Assembly: GCF_046119375.1 (NCBI RefSeq)
Contig: NW_027362761.1
Location: 69,378,001-69,442,000 of the forward strand
Reading direction: 5' to 3'
Source: Phyllobates terribilis
Taxonomy: Eukaryota
DNA: 64,000 nucleotides
Position numbers and translations under genes: made by a program. The stretch's first letter is position 1, and each line of letters begins with the position of its first letter. The notes below the pieces were generated by a model. It was not told the DNA's origin. It saw nothing but the letters and a program-made list of their open reading frames with translations, and did no database searches. This document shows, piece by piece, positions 23,986-36,690 of the stretch.

Positions 23986-24371
23986 AAGGGTTGTCTGGGG
24001 CCTTAACATTGATGGTCTATCCTTAGGTTAGGTTACCAATGTCTGATTGGTGAGTGTGTGACATCCAGCACCCCCGCTGATCAGCTGTTCCCGGTGTCAG
24101 CAGCGATTGGAACTGCTCAGTTACGGAGCTGCACTGCACAGCTTATTTGACAGAATAGTGGCCGTGGCTGGGTACTGCACATCCACCACCTATTCAAATC
24201 AATAGTGGGTGGATGTACAGTATCCGCCGGCCACTATGCTGTGCAGCTCAGTAACTGAGCAGTTCTAGCCACCTTCGACACCAGGAACAACTGATCGGCA
24301 GGAGTGCCAGGTGCCACACCCTCATCGATCAGACTTTGATCACCTATCCTTAGGATAGGCCATCAACCCAT
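23986..24371. mobile_element. Palindromic TTAA-type MITE
   Basis: TTAA-AAGGGTTGTC...CAACCCAT-TTAA. Fold-back interior centred near ATTCAAATCAAT. Confidence 0.75.
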
Positions 24372-24701
24372 TTAACTATATAAATAATGTGGAATTTTTC
24401 ATGTAATACACTGACACAATCTAAACTGCAAGGAGTAATCTCAAATACAAATATAACTCTACAAAACAAGTTATTTTTCATACAAAACAGTTATCTCACC
24501 CAATTAAGTAAAGCAATTCTTCTGTGAAAATGTTAAAAATTATTATTTCTTACTAGACAAATTTTTGGTGCTCTGCAGATGTTAATGTATTTGACATAAT
24601 GAGGCAGTAGATCATATCTTTCTGTTCTTTCTTTTTTGAATACGTATGCAATACTTCTTTTTATATAAAGCCACAAAGCATCTTTGCCCTAAAATAATAT
24701 A

Positions 24702-24944
24702 CAGGTGCATCTCACTAAATTAGAATATCATCAAAAAGTTAATTTATTTCAGTTCTTCAATGCAAAAAGAGAAACTCATATATTATATAGAGTCATTACA
24801 AACAGAGTGATCTATTTCAAGTGTTTATTTCTGTTAATGTTGATGATTATGGCTTACAGCCAATGAAAACACAAAAGTCATTATCTCAGTAAATTAAAAT
24901 AATTCTATAATAATTCACTATTCTAATTTAGTGAGATGCACCTG
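24702..24944 (+). mobile_element. 243 bp Tc1-derived MITE, perfect 26 bp TIRs, TA TSD
   Basis: TA-CAGGTGCATCTCACTAAATTAGAATA...TATTCTAATTTAGTGAGATGCACCTG-TA. Interior matches 12190-12357 in reverse. Confidence 0.95.
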
Positions 24945-25023
24945 TATAGCCTCATAAGTGTCACATTTTAAATAGCTCATTTTTAGAGGAAATTTGTAAT
25001 GGTATCACCATTTAAACACTTAA

Positions 25024-25960
25024 AGGTATAAAATCTATCTTTTAAGCCCTAGCCAGTTTTGTAATTTGCTTTATTAGAACATTCTCTACCATGTTCCCTA
25101 TACAGCTAATCCCTATAACAGATTTTTTACTTTACTTCCAGTAAAGTTTCATTTGAGGCTGTCATTTGGGATGTCACAGGAGGATGTCCCTGTAGTCACA
25201 TCCCCGCAGCCTCTATCACCTCCCTGAAACAGGAAGCCATCATGGAATGGCACTGCAGTCAGTTAGCACAGCTTCTTTCACCGTCGTCCTTTGATGTTGT
25301 CCAGAATCAATCTCGGTGACGAAGGCAGGAAGAGGTGGCCGCAGCTTCGTTCAGAGATGCCAAGCTTCTTCTGTCACCGTCGCCACTGCATCTTCTGTCC
25401 CTGCCACCTCTTTCACTAAAAAGAGACATTATCAGAGGGCGGTGATAGAAGCAGGGTGAGTGACAGCAGTGCAGCACTACAGCTTCTGTCCTTTTTCACT
25501 AAAACTAATCGCAATCAGGGGGCAGGGCTGCTGTCATTTACCCTGCCTCTATCACCTCCCCTGATGACGATTCCTTTCAGGGCAGTGACAAACGCTGGGA
25601 GGGACACTGCTGTCACTCACCCTGTATCGGTCACTGCTCAGGTTGGCGTCTCATTTAAGTGAAAGACGTGTTGGGTACAGAAAGTGCAAGATGGAGGTGA
25701 CAGAAGAAGTGTGGCAGCAGTGAAAGAAGCTGCAGTCATTTCTTCTTGCTTCCATCACTGCGAATGATTCCAGACATCTTCAGTGGATGACAGTGAAAGA
25801 AGCTATGGTAAGTGATCGCAGCACCACCCCATGATGATGTCCTGTTTCAGGGGGGATGTGATAGAAGTTGTTGGGAAGTGATTACATGGCCATTAGTGAT
25901 TAGCAGGATAAGGAAAATAGTAGAAAAATTTTAGGGTTTTATAGGCAGCAACTGTGAACT
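25024..25960. mobile_element. Large degenerate palindromic MITE; boundaries approximate
   Basis: Inverted arms, for example CCCTGAAACAGGA (about 25223) vs TCCTGTTTCAGGG (about 25840) and AGCTTCTTTCAC vs GTGAAAGAAGCT. Confidence 0.5.
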
Positions 25961-26217
25961 AATCAGTCTTCATTTGAAGACAGATTTTGCAGTGCATTGA
26001 AAGTCAAATCAGTCCAGGAGGAGAAAGAGGCATTTTCTGTAATAAAGATATACTGCAAAATTTCTCATCTTTACTAGTTTATTTTTTATTTTACTCTTCA
26101 GCATACCAGTGTAGTGGCAATTTCTTTTACTCTTTGACTTGTAAATGCCTTCTCAACCCAAAAACGAATGTTCTCTACAATAAGTATATGACAGATTCCT
26201 GTGCACCGCTCATTTAA

Positions 26218-26482
26218 AGAAGTTGTCCACTATTTTTACACTGATGCCCCATCCGTAAGATAGGTCATCAATGTCTGATCGGCCGGGGTCCCGCATCTGG
26301 CACCCCCACTGAACAGCTGTTATCGGTGGCGGCGGCGGCCGCTGGCTATAAGTGCTTACTTGTGGAGCTTGGCTGTCTTGCTGTAGAGGCCGGGGGGTGC
26401 TAGATGCGGGACGCTGACTGATCAGACATTGATGCCCTATCCTAAGGATGGGGCTTCAATGTAAAATTAATGGACAACTTCT
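26218..26482. mobile_element. TTAA-type MITE, same family as 23986
   Basis: TTAA-AGAAGTTGTCCA...TGGACAACTTCT-TTAA, perfect 12 bp TIR. Confidence 0.88.
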
Positions 26483-26512
26483 TTAATTATGTATTAGGTT
26501 TCATTAAATAAG

Positions 26513-29500
26513 TGTAAAGTGGCACAGAGCGGTAGTCATGAGCAAGCTGCTGTCCAGTTTTCGCTCTGGCACTTTGCAGACAAATAGTGTCCCTGTTCCC
26601 GTGTACCATAGGGTGCAGGGTGCATCACACTCACTTGTAGGCCACAGGCCTCCACTACCTCCAGGCTTCCGTCTTCAGGAGCCACCGCACAGAATTCATG
26701 GGACACCAAGTTCTTTTTTAACAGGCAAATGTTTACTAGTTAGTTCAAATTCATCAGGTGGTGACAGGAGGGATAGGGCACAGCAATTCACATTTCCTTC
26801 CTCCTTAGTACAGCTCCTCTTCAGTCCTGCCACCTGTTCGTCCTGGACTATCCCCAAGCCCACAGAATCCATCAACGTCAGGGATTCGTTGTCCACTCCA
26901 GCTGTGCACCCGGGACTGGCCACCTGCCCCCATGGAATTCCACGTCCACCGACCTTGTGATATCAGAAGACCAGGCCCACTCCTTGGTACCTGGCCTGAG
27001 CCCTAGGCTCCAGACATTGCAGGAATGTTCATTAGGGAACTCTGTTCAGCCTCCTACTGCCTCGAACGGTTGGCCCAAGCTGCCCCTAGCAATCCACCGC
27101 ACCTGAACTTGAGCTTCACTATCACTTCTGTCACTACTCCTAAGCTCCACCTACCAGGAAGTGCCCCACTTTTTATTAACCCTAATGCCCACCCACTGGG
27201 CTAGTTCTATTATTAACTCTTTCCTTTCTCATGTGCTAAACCTATTATCCTTATCCTATATCTTACGCTATTGCTAAACCACTTACTATATAAGCAGTAC
27301 TTATGCTATCCTAAGCTTATCCTATACTATACTCTACTCACACTCAGCATTAACACTTCACATGTTGTACATTACCATAATACATTACATAGGACGCACA
27401 TCAGTTTTACATATAAAATCCACGACCGTATTCACATGACGCGTTTATTGTCTTCGGGGCAAGAACAGCGTAAGACAGTCCACATCCCTACATTCCTCCC
27501 CTCATTAAACATGATATTCTGCGACCATTTTTGAACCTGGAAGATAACACGCAGCATATAACATTCACATAAAACATCTAAAACCGTTAGTCTCCTCTTT
27601 CCAGAGTATAGACTGACCATTGCCGGTGAGATCACTGACACCGGGATAGAAGGGTTCAAATTTTTGGGTCCGTAGGCCAACATAACAACCGCCCAACAGT
27701 CTATGGCCGCATACCATGTCCTTCTCCTGCACAAAATTTTAAGTAGGCGGTTCTCTTGGCCAGAACCACAAATTAATGTTCATCCGAGTCCATGTTCCAG
27801 AAAACCAATGGCCCTTAGGTCCACACAACAACAGTACCCCGACAGTCCATGGGCATAGTCCAGTTTCTTCAGGGGTCTGCATAACCTCGATCTCACCAAT
27901 CTGGAGACCCTGAAACAGCGTGTCCAAGTTCCTTGTAATCACAGGCTCGTTGGCCAACACATCAACAGCTCCAGCAGTTTAGGAGCACATTCCATACAGT
28001 CCTGACCCGGCTCGAATCTTTGGGTTGTCCGTTTCCTCTCCTCCTCCTTTTGTGAACAACAGTCCCTTTAAGTTGCTCAGTCCATAAAGGCAGAAAGGGT
28101 TTGAGACCCTTAAGTGGTTCACAGACCCTCAATCTAGCAGGGGGGTACGCAACCGTGTGTAAAACAACTGGGAAGGGGGAAAAAATAAACCTTTGGCCAT
28201 CCTGGCCAACATCTTGGGGCCCCCATCAATTCTGGGCCTCCTGCCCTTTGGAACGCAGAACCATTCATTTCAGTGGCTCTTTTCCAGTGCAACAGGCACA
28301 ACTAAGCCTTCGGGACCACCTTTTTACTTGCGGATGTCATCGTGGATTCAAGCATCCACATTATCTCCTCCTTGTTCAGGGAGGTCTGGGGATTACTTCC
28401 ATTTGCTCCTTGGAGCCTGGTTTCCAGGTACTTGGGCCGCACGTGATCCGGCTTCGGGTAGTGCCTGAGCTCCCAACATATACAAATGGGCTACGGCCCT
28501 CTGCATTACCTGCACCATTGACAGCTCTCGGATGGGATTGAACAGAATGTGATGACGGGTCCCAAACACCTCTATGGACCTCCATCTCCGCTGCGGACCA
28601 TACGTAACGACCTCCCCCGGGACCCCAACTCTCAGTACCTTGCAGCTAGCAGACCCACCAGCAGGTCCCAGGCTCTGGTCCTGGCTCGCCTCTTCCTCTC
28701 TTCTGACCAGTGCAGGCCCCTCAAATCACTCACTAGTTGTTGGATCCTGGCTCTCCCGTACGCAGGAACCCCTGTGGTGAAGGGCTCAGCCTGGATTCGG
28801 GCCTTGGTGGCTCCGTGAAGTCGGCCGGTTATGGGCCGGAAGCTCCTTCCATCTACGCTGCTGCACCAGCTTGCTCTGGTTCTGGCATTCCTCCAGTCGC
28901 CCCCACGGGAGTCTCACAAATCTCTGCCATCATCTCACCTCGCTGTGGCTTTGACGCTTCGTCGCCCATGAATGGCATCATCCCTTCTGGTTTCCGAGGT
29001 CCAACATGGGTCCACCCTTTCCGGGGTGAAACCCCTTCTGGTTCACTTATCCGTTTTCTAGCAGTCTCCCCCTGTTCTCCATTGACCTGCTGCAACGGGT
29101 GTAATTTGTTTTCCTTCCACCGCGTTCACTATGGGCCGGCCTCTCTGGACAAGGTTTTTCCTAGGCTGCACAGGTTTTCGCGTGGTTTCTCTTCTGGTAC
29201 ACCCACGATGGGTGGGTTCCCATCGCCATTTCGCGCCTATCACCGCCATCTTGTCATGAGTGTTCAGCGCCATCTTTGTTTTCACTAAATCCTTCTCCGC
29301 ATCTGTCAAGTTTTCTTGATGCATGGATTGATCCCACTGACTATGCCAAAAGTATAAAGTGGCACAGAGCTGTAGTCATGACCGAGCTGCTGTTCAGTTT
29401 CACTCTGGCACTTTACAGACAAATAGTTTTTCTGTCCTGCTGCGCCGTAGGGTGTGGGTTGCATCATACTCACTTGTAGGCCCCAAGCCTCCACTGCCTC

Positions 29501-30200
29501 CAGACTTCCATCTTCAGGAGCCGCCACGCACAATTCAGGGGACACCAAGTTCTTTACAACAGGCAAATGTTTACTAGTTAGTTCAAGTTTATCAGGTGGT
29601 GACAGGAGGGATAGGGCACAGCAATTCACATTTTCTTCCTCCTTAGTACAACTCCTCTTCAGTCCTGCCACCCGTTCATCCTGGACTACCCCCAAGCCCA
29701 CTGACTCCATCAACATCAGGGAATCTTTGTCCACTCCAGCAGTGCACCCGGGACCGGCCACATGCTCCCCACGTAATTCCACATCCACCGACCTTGTGAT
29801 AGGATAGGGCACAATAATTCACATTTCCTTTCTGCTTAGTACAACTCCTCTTCCGTTATATCACCTTTTTTTCCTGGATTACCCCCAAGCCCACTGACTC
29901 CATCAGCCTCAGGGATTCGTTGTCTACTCTGGCAGTGCACTCGAGACCGGCCACATGATCCCCACGTAATTCCACATCCATTGACCTTGTGATATCAGAA
30001 GACCTGGCCCGCTCCTTGGTATCTGGCCTGAGCCCTAGGCTCCAGATGTTGCAGGAATGTTCATTAGGGAACTCCTATTTGGTCTCCCACTGCCTCAAAC
30101 GATTGGCCCATGCTGCCCCTAGCAACCCACCGCACTTGAACTTGAGCTTCACGATCACTTCTGTCACCTCTCCTAACTACCACCCCTAGCAGGAAGGCCC
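26513..30200 (-). mobile_element. Old, internally deleted Gypsy-like LTR element: 3' LTR 26513-27492, 5' LTR about 29353-30200, 1.9 kb internal region
   Basis: Diverged direct repeats. PPT GAGGGGAGGAA precedes TGTAGGG on the - strand. PBS at 29331-29348. Gag- and protease-like remnants (RNLDTL). Confidence 0.8.
29331..29348 (-). promoter_or_regulatory. Degenerate primer binding site, tRNA-Ser
   Basis: TGGCATAGTCAGTGGGAT vs expected TGGCGTAGTCGGCAGGAT (14/18, all transitions). Confidence 0.65.
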
Positions 30201-30271
30201 CCTTCACACGTCCTTGTCTCCAGTACTTGTGGTGACAGTTTTCACACGTCCCGGAAACCATTACACACATA

Positions 30272-30558
30272 CAGTACAGACCAAAAGTTTGAACACACCT
30301 TCTCATTTAAAGATTTTTCTGTATTTTCATGACTATGAAAATTGTACATTCACACTGAAGGCATCAAAACTATGAATTAACCCATGTGGAATTATATACT
30401 TAACAAAAAAGTGTGAAACAACTGAAAATATGTCTTATATTCTAGGTTCTTCAAAGTAGCCACCTTTTGCTTTGATGACTGCTTTTCACACTCTTGGCAT
30501 TCTCTTGATGAGCTTCAAGAGGTAGTCACCGGAAATGGTTTTCACTTCACAGGTGTGC
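30272..30558 (+). mobile_element. Tc1-like terminal fragment
   Basis: TA-CAGTACAGACCAAAAGTTTGAACACACC is a Tc1-type TIR. Confidence 0.75.
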
Positions 30559-30559
30559 C

Positions 30560-30907
30560 GGGGATAAGGAGACCGGGGGCCATTGGAAGGTGAGTATAAT
30601 GTTTTTGTTTTTTTTTTACCATTTTTATTCTTTTTTTAACTAACTTGGTCACACTATATAAAATCCATGCCGGTTGCATGGATTTATATAGTGTGTCCAA
30701 GTTGTCACGCACTTTTCAAAGTGATGCTGAAATCGCTTGGAAAGCGCTTGACAACCCGCATGCGAAATCGCATGTGCAAAACGCGTGACAAACGCTTGTC
30801 CCTGGCTGAAAAAACGCATGTAAAATCCGCATGCATTTTTTCTGCCAAGGAGATGCAGAAACGCTCAGGAAAAATCCGGAGCATTTCGGAATCGTGGGCA
30901 CATAGCC
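30560..30907. mobile_element. Harbinger-type MITE fragment with internal hairpin
   Basis: Ends ...GGGCACATAGCC-TTA. Hairpin CACACTATATAAAATCCATGC / GCATGGATTTATATAGTGTG at 30650-30695. Confidence 0.5.
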
Positions 30908-31392
30908 TTATAGAGGTAACGGAATGAGCTCACAACAAAAAAGAGGAAAAAAGAGCAGTGAAAGACCCATGAGTAGGGGAAATGTTAATGCAAGATTGGC
31001 CATGTACTGTATAAGAATTTATCACAAAAAGGTTCCGTTTATTAGGTTGCATGGGCTAGACTAGAGCAACTTGGTCAGACATGGTGTCTGACGGCTAAAT
31101 GGTACATGTAACGCATGTCTGACAATTCTCAGGTTGCGCTGCATTTTTATATGCATGGCTGCATTACTACATGGTCTGGTTACTTTTTGGATATTTGGAT
31201 CACATTACATATTACTATCCAAATTAACTGCATATTTCATGATAGTGATTGCAGCCCTGTATATATGCTGACACATTTTGTGATAAATTTTTATATCTGG
31301 CCAGTCTTGCATTAACATTTCCCCTACTCATTGGTCGTTCATTGTTCTTTTTTCCTCTTTTTTGTTGTGAGTTCACTCCGTTACCTCTATAA
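30908..31392. mobile_element. 485 bp element with about 120 bp terminal inverted repeats; superfamily unclear
   Basis: TTATAGAGGTAACGG...ATCACAAAA is mirrored by TTTTGTGAT...CCGTTACCTCTATAA. Confidence 0.8.
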
Positions 31393-32149
31393 CTGATATG
31401 TTGAAAGAACTTTCTTTCTGTGCTGTTGCTAATGAGCATGGCTCTTTTTAACATTTTAATGGATGTCTTTTGTAAAATAATAACTAGTGTTGAGCGAACA
31501 TGCTCGACACTGCTCGGTACTCGCCCGAGCATCACGCTACTCGGGATGTTCGGCGAGCACCGAGCATTTCCGGGTTACTCGGGCGGGAGCTCGGGTCTCC
31601 GCCCTGCATGTTTGGCACTCTTTACAGAGCCAATGAACATGCAGGGATTGCCAGCCAGTCACTGTAATGCTGCAGCCATGTTGGTTGTGGGCATTACAGT
31701 GATTGGCTGGCCGCACAGCGTCACCTCGAGTATTTAAAACCGGGCGCCGCCATCTTGGACACAATCGCTCCGGATTAGACAGTGTAGGGACAGCGCTGCT
31801 GATTTAGAGAGAGATATAAACTGCGAAATAGTTAGTGTAGGGTCTGTAAAGGCTGCCAGAACAAACAAACAGTCCTTTTCAGGACTAATATCCATCCCAG
31901 ATACCAGGCAGGCAGGCTGTATAGGAGACACAGTGGTTATACCAGCAAACGCTGCATTACAGTCCTGTGTGCTCCTGTTGCTGAAATTGCTGGACTTAGC
32001 ACCAGGTGTCGGGGGCCAGGAAAAATCCTTTTTTTTTCATCTAAACCCTCCTTTTTTTTCCTCCTTCACACTGTACAAATACCCGTCTTATTAACCTTTT
32101 GGTGTCCCCCCCCCCCCCCCCCAAAAAAAAAGCGTTTCTCTGATTTTTC

Positions 32150-32660
32150 AGATACAAATATAACTGTTGAAAATAGTCTGGTGTAGGCTAGAGAAACAGA
32201 AGTGGTGTTTTGCACATCCACAGTTCAAACCTCTGTATTATCCATTTTGGGTCATTTGTATCTAAAAAAAAAAAAAGCAGTTTGAGTGTGTCGCTCACTG
32301 TTCAGCCGCAAATATCTCTATTTAAAAAAGTGTGGTATACCCCAGTAAACAATAACTGTGGTTTTGCCATCCCACGGTAAAAAATCTCTATTATTCAGCT
32401 TTTGGTAGTTTTTTCCGTAAAGAAAAACAGTAGTGTCTCCTGACTGTTGTGACACAAAAATATATCTGTTGAAAATAGTCTTGTGTAGGCCCGACATCCC
32501 AGTGTGGTTTCGCAGTTCCACGGGTCAAATCGCTGTACTATCCAGTTTTGGGCCTTTGGTATCTAAAAAAAAAAGCAGTTTGAGTGTGTCGCTCACTGTT
32601 CAGCCGCAAATATCTCTATTTAAAAAAGTGTGGTATACCCCAGTAAACAACAACTGTGGT
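32150..32660. repeat. About 302 bp tandem duplication in the hAT 5' subterminal region
   Basis: TGTTGAAAATAGTC at 32165 and 32467. Near-identical blocks GCAGTTTGAGTGTGTCGCTCAC... Confidence 0.85.
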
Positions 32661-32744
32661 TTTCCTCTTCCACGGTTCTAATCTACTCTTTATTACCCTT
32701 TTTCCATTGATAGTGCAAGTGTAAGCTATTTTACTTCATTTACA

Positions 32745-35700
32745 ATGGGCAAGGCGCGTGGCAAGGGACGTGGAAGTGGACGTTCTGGTGATGGTTCGTG
32801 CAGAGGACGGGGCCGTGGCCAAGGTGAAAATGTGCCACAACCAACAGCCACATCTTCTCGCTCCCACTTCTTGACCGAATTACTAGGGAAGCACAGAACA
32901 ACACCAGTATTGAGAACTGATCAGTGTGAACAGGTTATTAATTGGATAGCAGATAATACTGCCAGTTACCTGGGCACAACCACCTCTGGTCTGTCTTCCA
33001 CACGGTCAACTCTTAGTAGCCGTGAGTCTCGACCACATACTCCTCCTCACCCTGATGCTCCTTCCTCCCACCATGCCGAGTGTCGTCAGACAGCAAGTGA
33101 TCCCACACTTGGACACTCTGAAGAGCTGTTCACTGGTCCATTTCCATATTTGGGCCCCTCGCCTGATACGCTTGAAGTGGTGGAAGAGGAGATCCCATGT
33201 TGCGATGCCCAAATATTTGAACAGTCACGGCCACAGGAAGTCGACGTTGGCAATCTGTCACAAGAGGTGGACGATGACGAGACACAATTGCCAGGAAGTG
33301 AGGAGGAGGATCGTGGTGCGCAAGTGGAAGAGGAGGAGGTGGTGGATGATCTAGTAACTGACCCAACGTGGAAGGAGGACATGCAGAGTGAGGCCAGCAG
33401 CACACAGGGGGAGGGAGGCAGAGTACCCCAACAGGCAGGAAGAAGCAGTGTGGTGGCTGCAGACAGAAGGCAGGCAACCGTTCCCCGTAACACCAACACG
33501 AGGGACGTTGCCAGTACAAGCGGTAGGTCTTCCAGAGTCTGGAATTTTTTTAAAGACTCTGCTGATAACCCCAAAAAGGCCATATGTTCCACCTGCCATG
33601 CCAGCATCAGCAGGGGTGACAAAACTACCAGCCTGACCACCACCAGCATGATCAGGCACATGGCAGCAAAGCACCCGACTTTGTGGGGCAAAACCCAGGG
33701 TCCACGACCAGTGTCAGCGGGTGTCACCACTGCTTCTTCCACTGTTGTGCGTGCAATAGAACCCCCTGTTGTGTGTGCAAGGCAATCCCCTGTCCATACT
33801 GCATGTAAAGATGCCCCCTCCTCTCAGTCTTCACTTGTTATGGCAGTTTCTCAAGAAACAGCATCAACGTCCACGTCCCACCGCAGCGTTCAATTGTCCA
33901 TATCCCAGACCTTTGAACGAAAGCAGAAATTCGCAGCTAACGCCCCACAGGCCACAGTCCTAAATTTGCACATTTCACGACTGCTTGCGTTGGAAATGCT
34001 GCCTTTTAGGCTGGTGGAGACGGAATTCTTCCGCAATCTTATGGCGGTGGCCGTCCCTCGGTACTCGGTCCCCAGCCGACACTATTTTGCCCGGTGTGCC
34101 ATCCCCGCACTACACAAGCACGTGTCCCAAAGCATCTGCCGTGCCCTCAACAACGCAGTTACTGGGAGAGTCCACCTGACAACGGACACGTGGACAAGTG
34201 CTTGTGGCCAGGGACGGTACATCTCTCTGACGGCACACTGGGTAAACATACTGGAAGCCGGGACCCAGTCAGAGTTGCCCTCACAGTGTACAGCTCCTGC
34301 GCATCCTCCTCCTCCTCCTCCTCCTCATGTTCAGCCTCCATCTCAGATATCACCACATCAGTTACAAGCTGGAAGCATTGCAGTACTGCCTCCGCCAAGC
34401 GGCAACAGGCTGTGCTGAAACTCATAAGCTTAGGTGAGAAACGCCGCCTGTCAGCTCATTTTCACAAGTCGGCTACAGCTTCCGCCGCCCTTGCTGTGTT
34501 GCAGCAGCGTTTGCAGCATCCGGCACACCGACTGGTGTGTGATGTCCCCACACGTTGGAACTCTACCCTCCACATGTTGCAAAGGATTTGTGAGCAGAAG
34601 AGAGCAGTTGTGGAGTACCAGCTGCAACAAGGCCGTCGATATTCAGGTCAGACTCCACGCATAAGACCTCAGGAGTGGACCTGGATGTCTGACATATGTA
34701 CCATCCTGACAAACTTTGAGGAGGCCACCAAGATGGTGAGTGGCGATGACGCCATCATTAGTGTCAGCATCCCACTTGTCTGTCTTTTGCAACGCTCTCT
34801 GCAGAGAATTAAAGAGGAGGCATTGCAGAGTATGATGAGATGGATCAAGAAGCCGTAGCGGGCGATTACACACAGCCCAGCCTCATCTCATCCCAACGTG
34901 CATTGGGGGACAATGAGGGAGAGGAGGAGGAGGAGGAGGAAGAACAGGAGCTGCTATCATGCGTTGCAGACGGTAGTACCTGTACAACTGTAATACCGTC
35001 GGTTCAGCGTGGGTGGCCTGAGGACAGGGGGGAGGAGGAGGAGGAGAGCATGGTCAGTCGTCATCTTGGTGAGTACACGGAAATCTTGCCCGTTACCAGT
35101 CTGGCACGCATGGCTGACTTTATGTTACGCTGCCTTAACCGTGACCCTCGCGTTGTCAAAATGTTGGGTGACAGTCATTACTGGTTGGTGACACTTGTAG
35201 ACCCCCGCTACAAGGAGAACTTTCACTCTCTTATTCCTGAGGTGGAGAGGTCTACAAAAATGGGGCAGTACCAGAAGGCCCTTGCTGCAGAACTCTTAAA
35301 AAAATTCCCATCTGAACACGCTAGCGGCAGAGGTCACAGTTTGTTGCCCAACCAAGGTGTACAGGCGAGTGAGATGCAACTCCAATCCAGCAGAGGCAGG
35401 GGAACACTGTCAACGTTCTGGGACAGTTTTCTGACACCCGCCCAGCTTACAGGCCCTGAGGCGCGGGGTACTCTCACAAGGAGTGGAAAGTTTCAAAAGA
35501 TGGTGAGGGAGTACCTTGCCGACCGTACCAGCGTCCTCCGTGATTCCTCTGTGCCTTTTAATTATTGGGTATCCAAGCTGGACACTTGGAATGAACTCGC
35601 TCTGTACGCCTTGGAGGTCCTGGCCTGCCCTGCCGCTAGCGTGTTATCGGAGCGTGTTTTTAGTGCCGCTGGGGGAATTATAACTGATAAGCGCACTCGC

Positions 35701-35802
35701 CTGTCAACTGACAATGCTGACAAGCTGACCCTTATCAAAATGAACAAGGGCTGGATTGGGCCAGACTTCTCATCACCACCAAATGACAGCAGAGTAACAT
35801 AA
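32745..35802 (+). pseudogene. hAT (BED-finger, ZBED-like) transposase with frameshifts and internal deletions
   Basis: BED finger VWNFF..CSTC..MIRHMAAKH. Motifs LTTDTWTS, CDVPTRWNSTLHML and hATC ACPAASVLSERVFSAAG. Spread over three ORFs in different frames. Confidence 0.93.
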
Positions 35803-35924
35803 AGTCAAATCCACTGTGTTATTTCGGGAGGGTATACGCTTACTCGTTTCGGCTGTTTTATCTTCTTCTCCTTATCCTCAGCCTCCACCACCACTATACC
35901 ACCAGGGTGCCAGCATTGCAAGTT

Positions 35925-36690
35925 CCTCCGTCCTTATTTTTGGCAGCTTTTGCTTGCAAGGCATAAGCAAATACTATGGGACACCCACTCCCCAATAATG
36001 AGACTTATGTTTGTAATATGCTGTACTGCATGGGTCTTGTAAGGGGCATTGCAAGTTGCTCCGTCCTAATTTTTGGCAGCTTTTGCTTGGAAAGCATAAG
36101 CAAATACTATGGGACACCCACTCCCCAATAATGGGACTTATGTTTGTAATATGCTGTACTGCATGGCTCTTGTAAGGGGCATTGCAAGTTGCTCCGTCCT
36201 AATTTTTGGCAGCTTTTGCTTGGAAAGCATAAGCAAATACTATGGGACACCCACTCCCCAATAATGGGACTTATGTTTGTAATATGCTGTACTGCATGGC
36301 TCTTGTAAGGGGCATTGCAAGTTGCTCCGTCCTAATTTTTGGCAGCTTTTGCTTGCAAGGCATAATCAAATACTATGGGACACCCACTCCCCAATAATGG
36401 GACTTATGTTTGTAATATGCTGTACTGCATGGCTCTTGTAAGGGGCATTGCAAGTTGCTCCGTCCTAATTTTTGGCAGCTTTTGCTTGCAAGGCATAAGC
36501 AAATACTATGGGACACCCACTCCCCAATAATGGGACTTATGTTTGTAATATGCTGTACTGCATGGCTCTTGTAAGGGGAGTTGCTAGGTCCTAATTTTTG
36601 GCAGCTTTTGCTTGCAAGGCATAAGGAAATACTATGGGACACCCACTCCCCAATAATGGGACTTATGTTTGTAATATGCTGTACTGCATG
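35925..36690. repeat. 133 bp tandem repeat, about 6 copies, in the hAT 3' region
   Basis: TACTATGGGACACCC at 35972, 36105, 36238, 36371, 36504 and 36630. Confidence 0.95.

Noticed and set aside
26696-29812. Similar ORFs at 26696-26923 and 29306-29812 suggesting a conserved gene
   Set aside because: They are the two LTR copies of one element, so the similarity is repeat identity and not selection.
35925-36690. Regular repeats as a possible CRISPR array (also 137-445)
   Set aside because: Contiguous tandem units with no unique spacers, no cas genes, and a vertebrate context.
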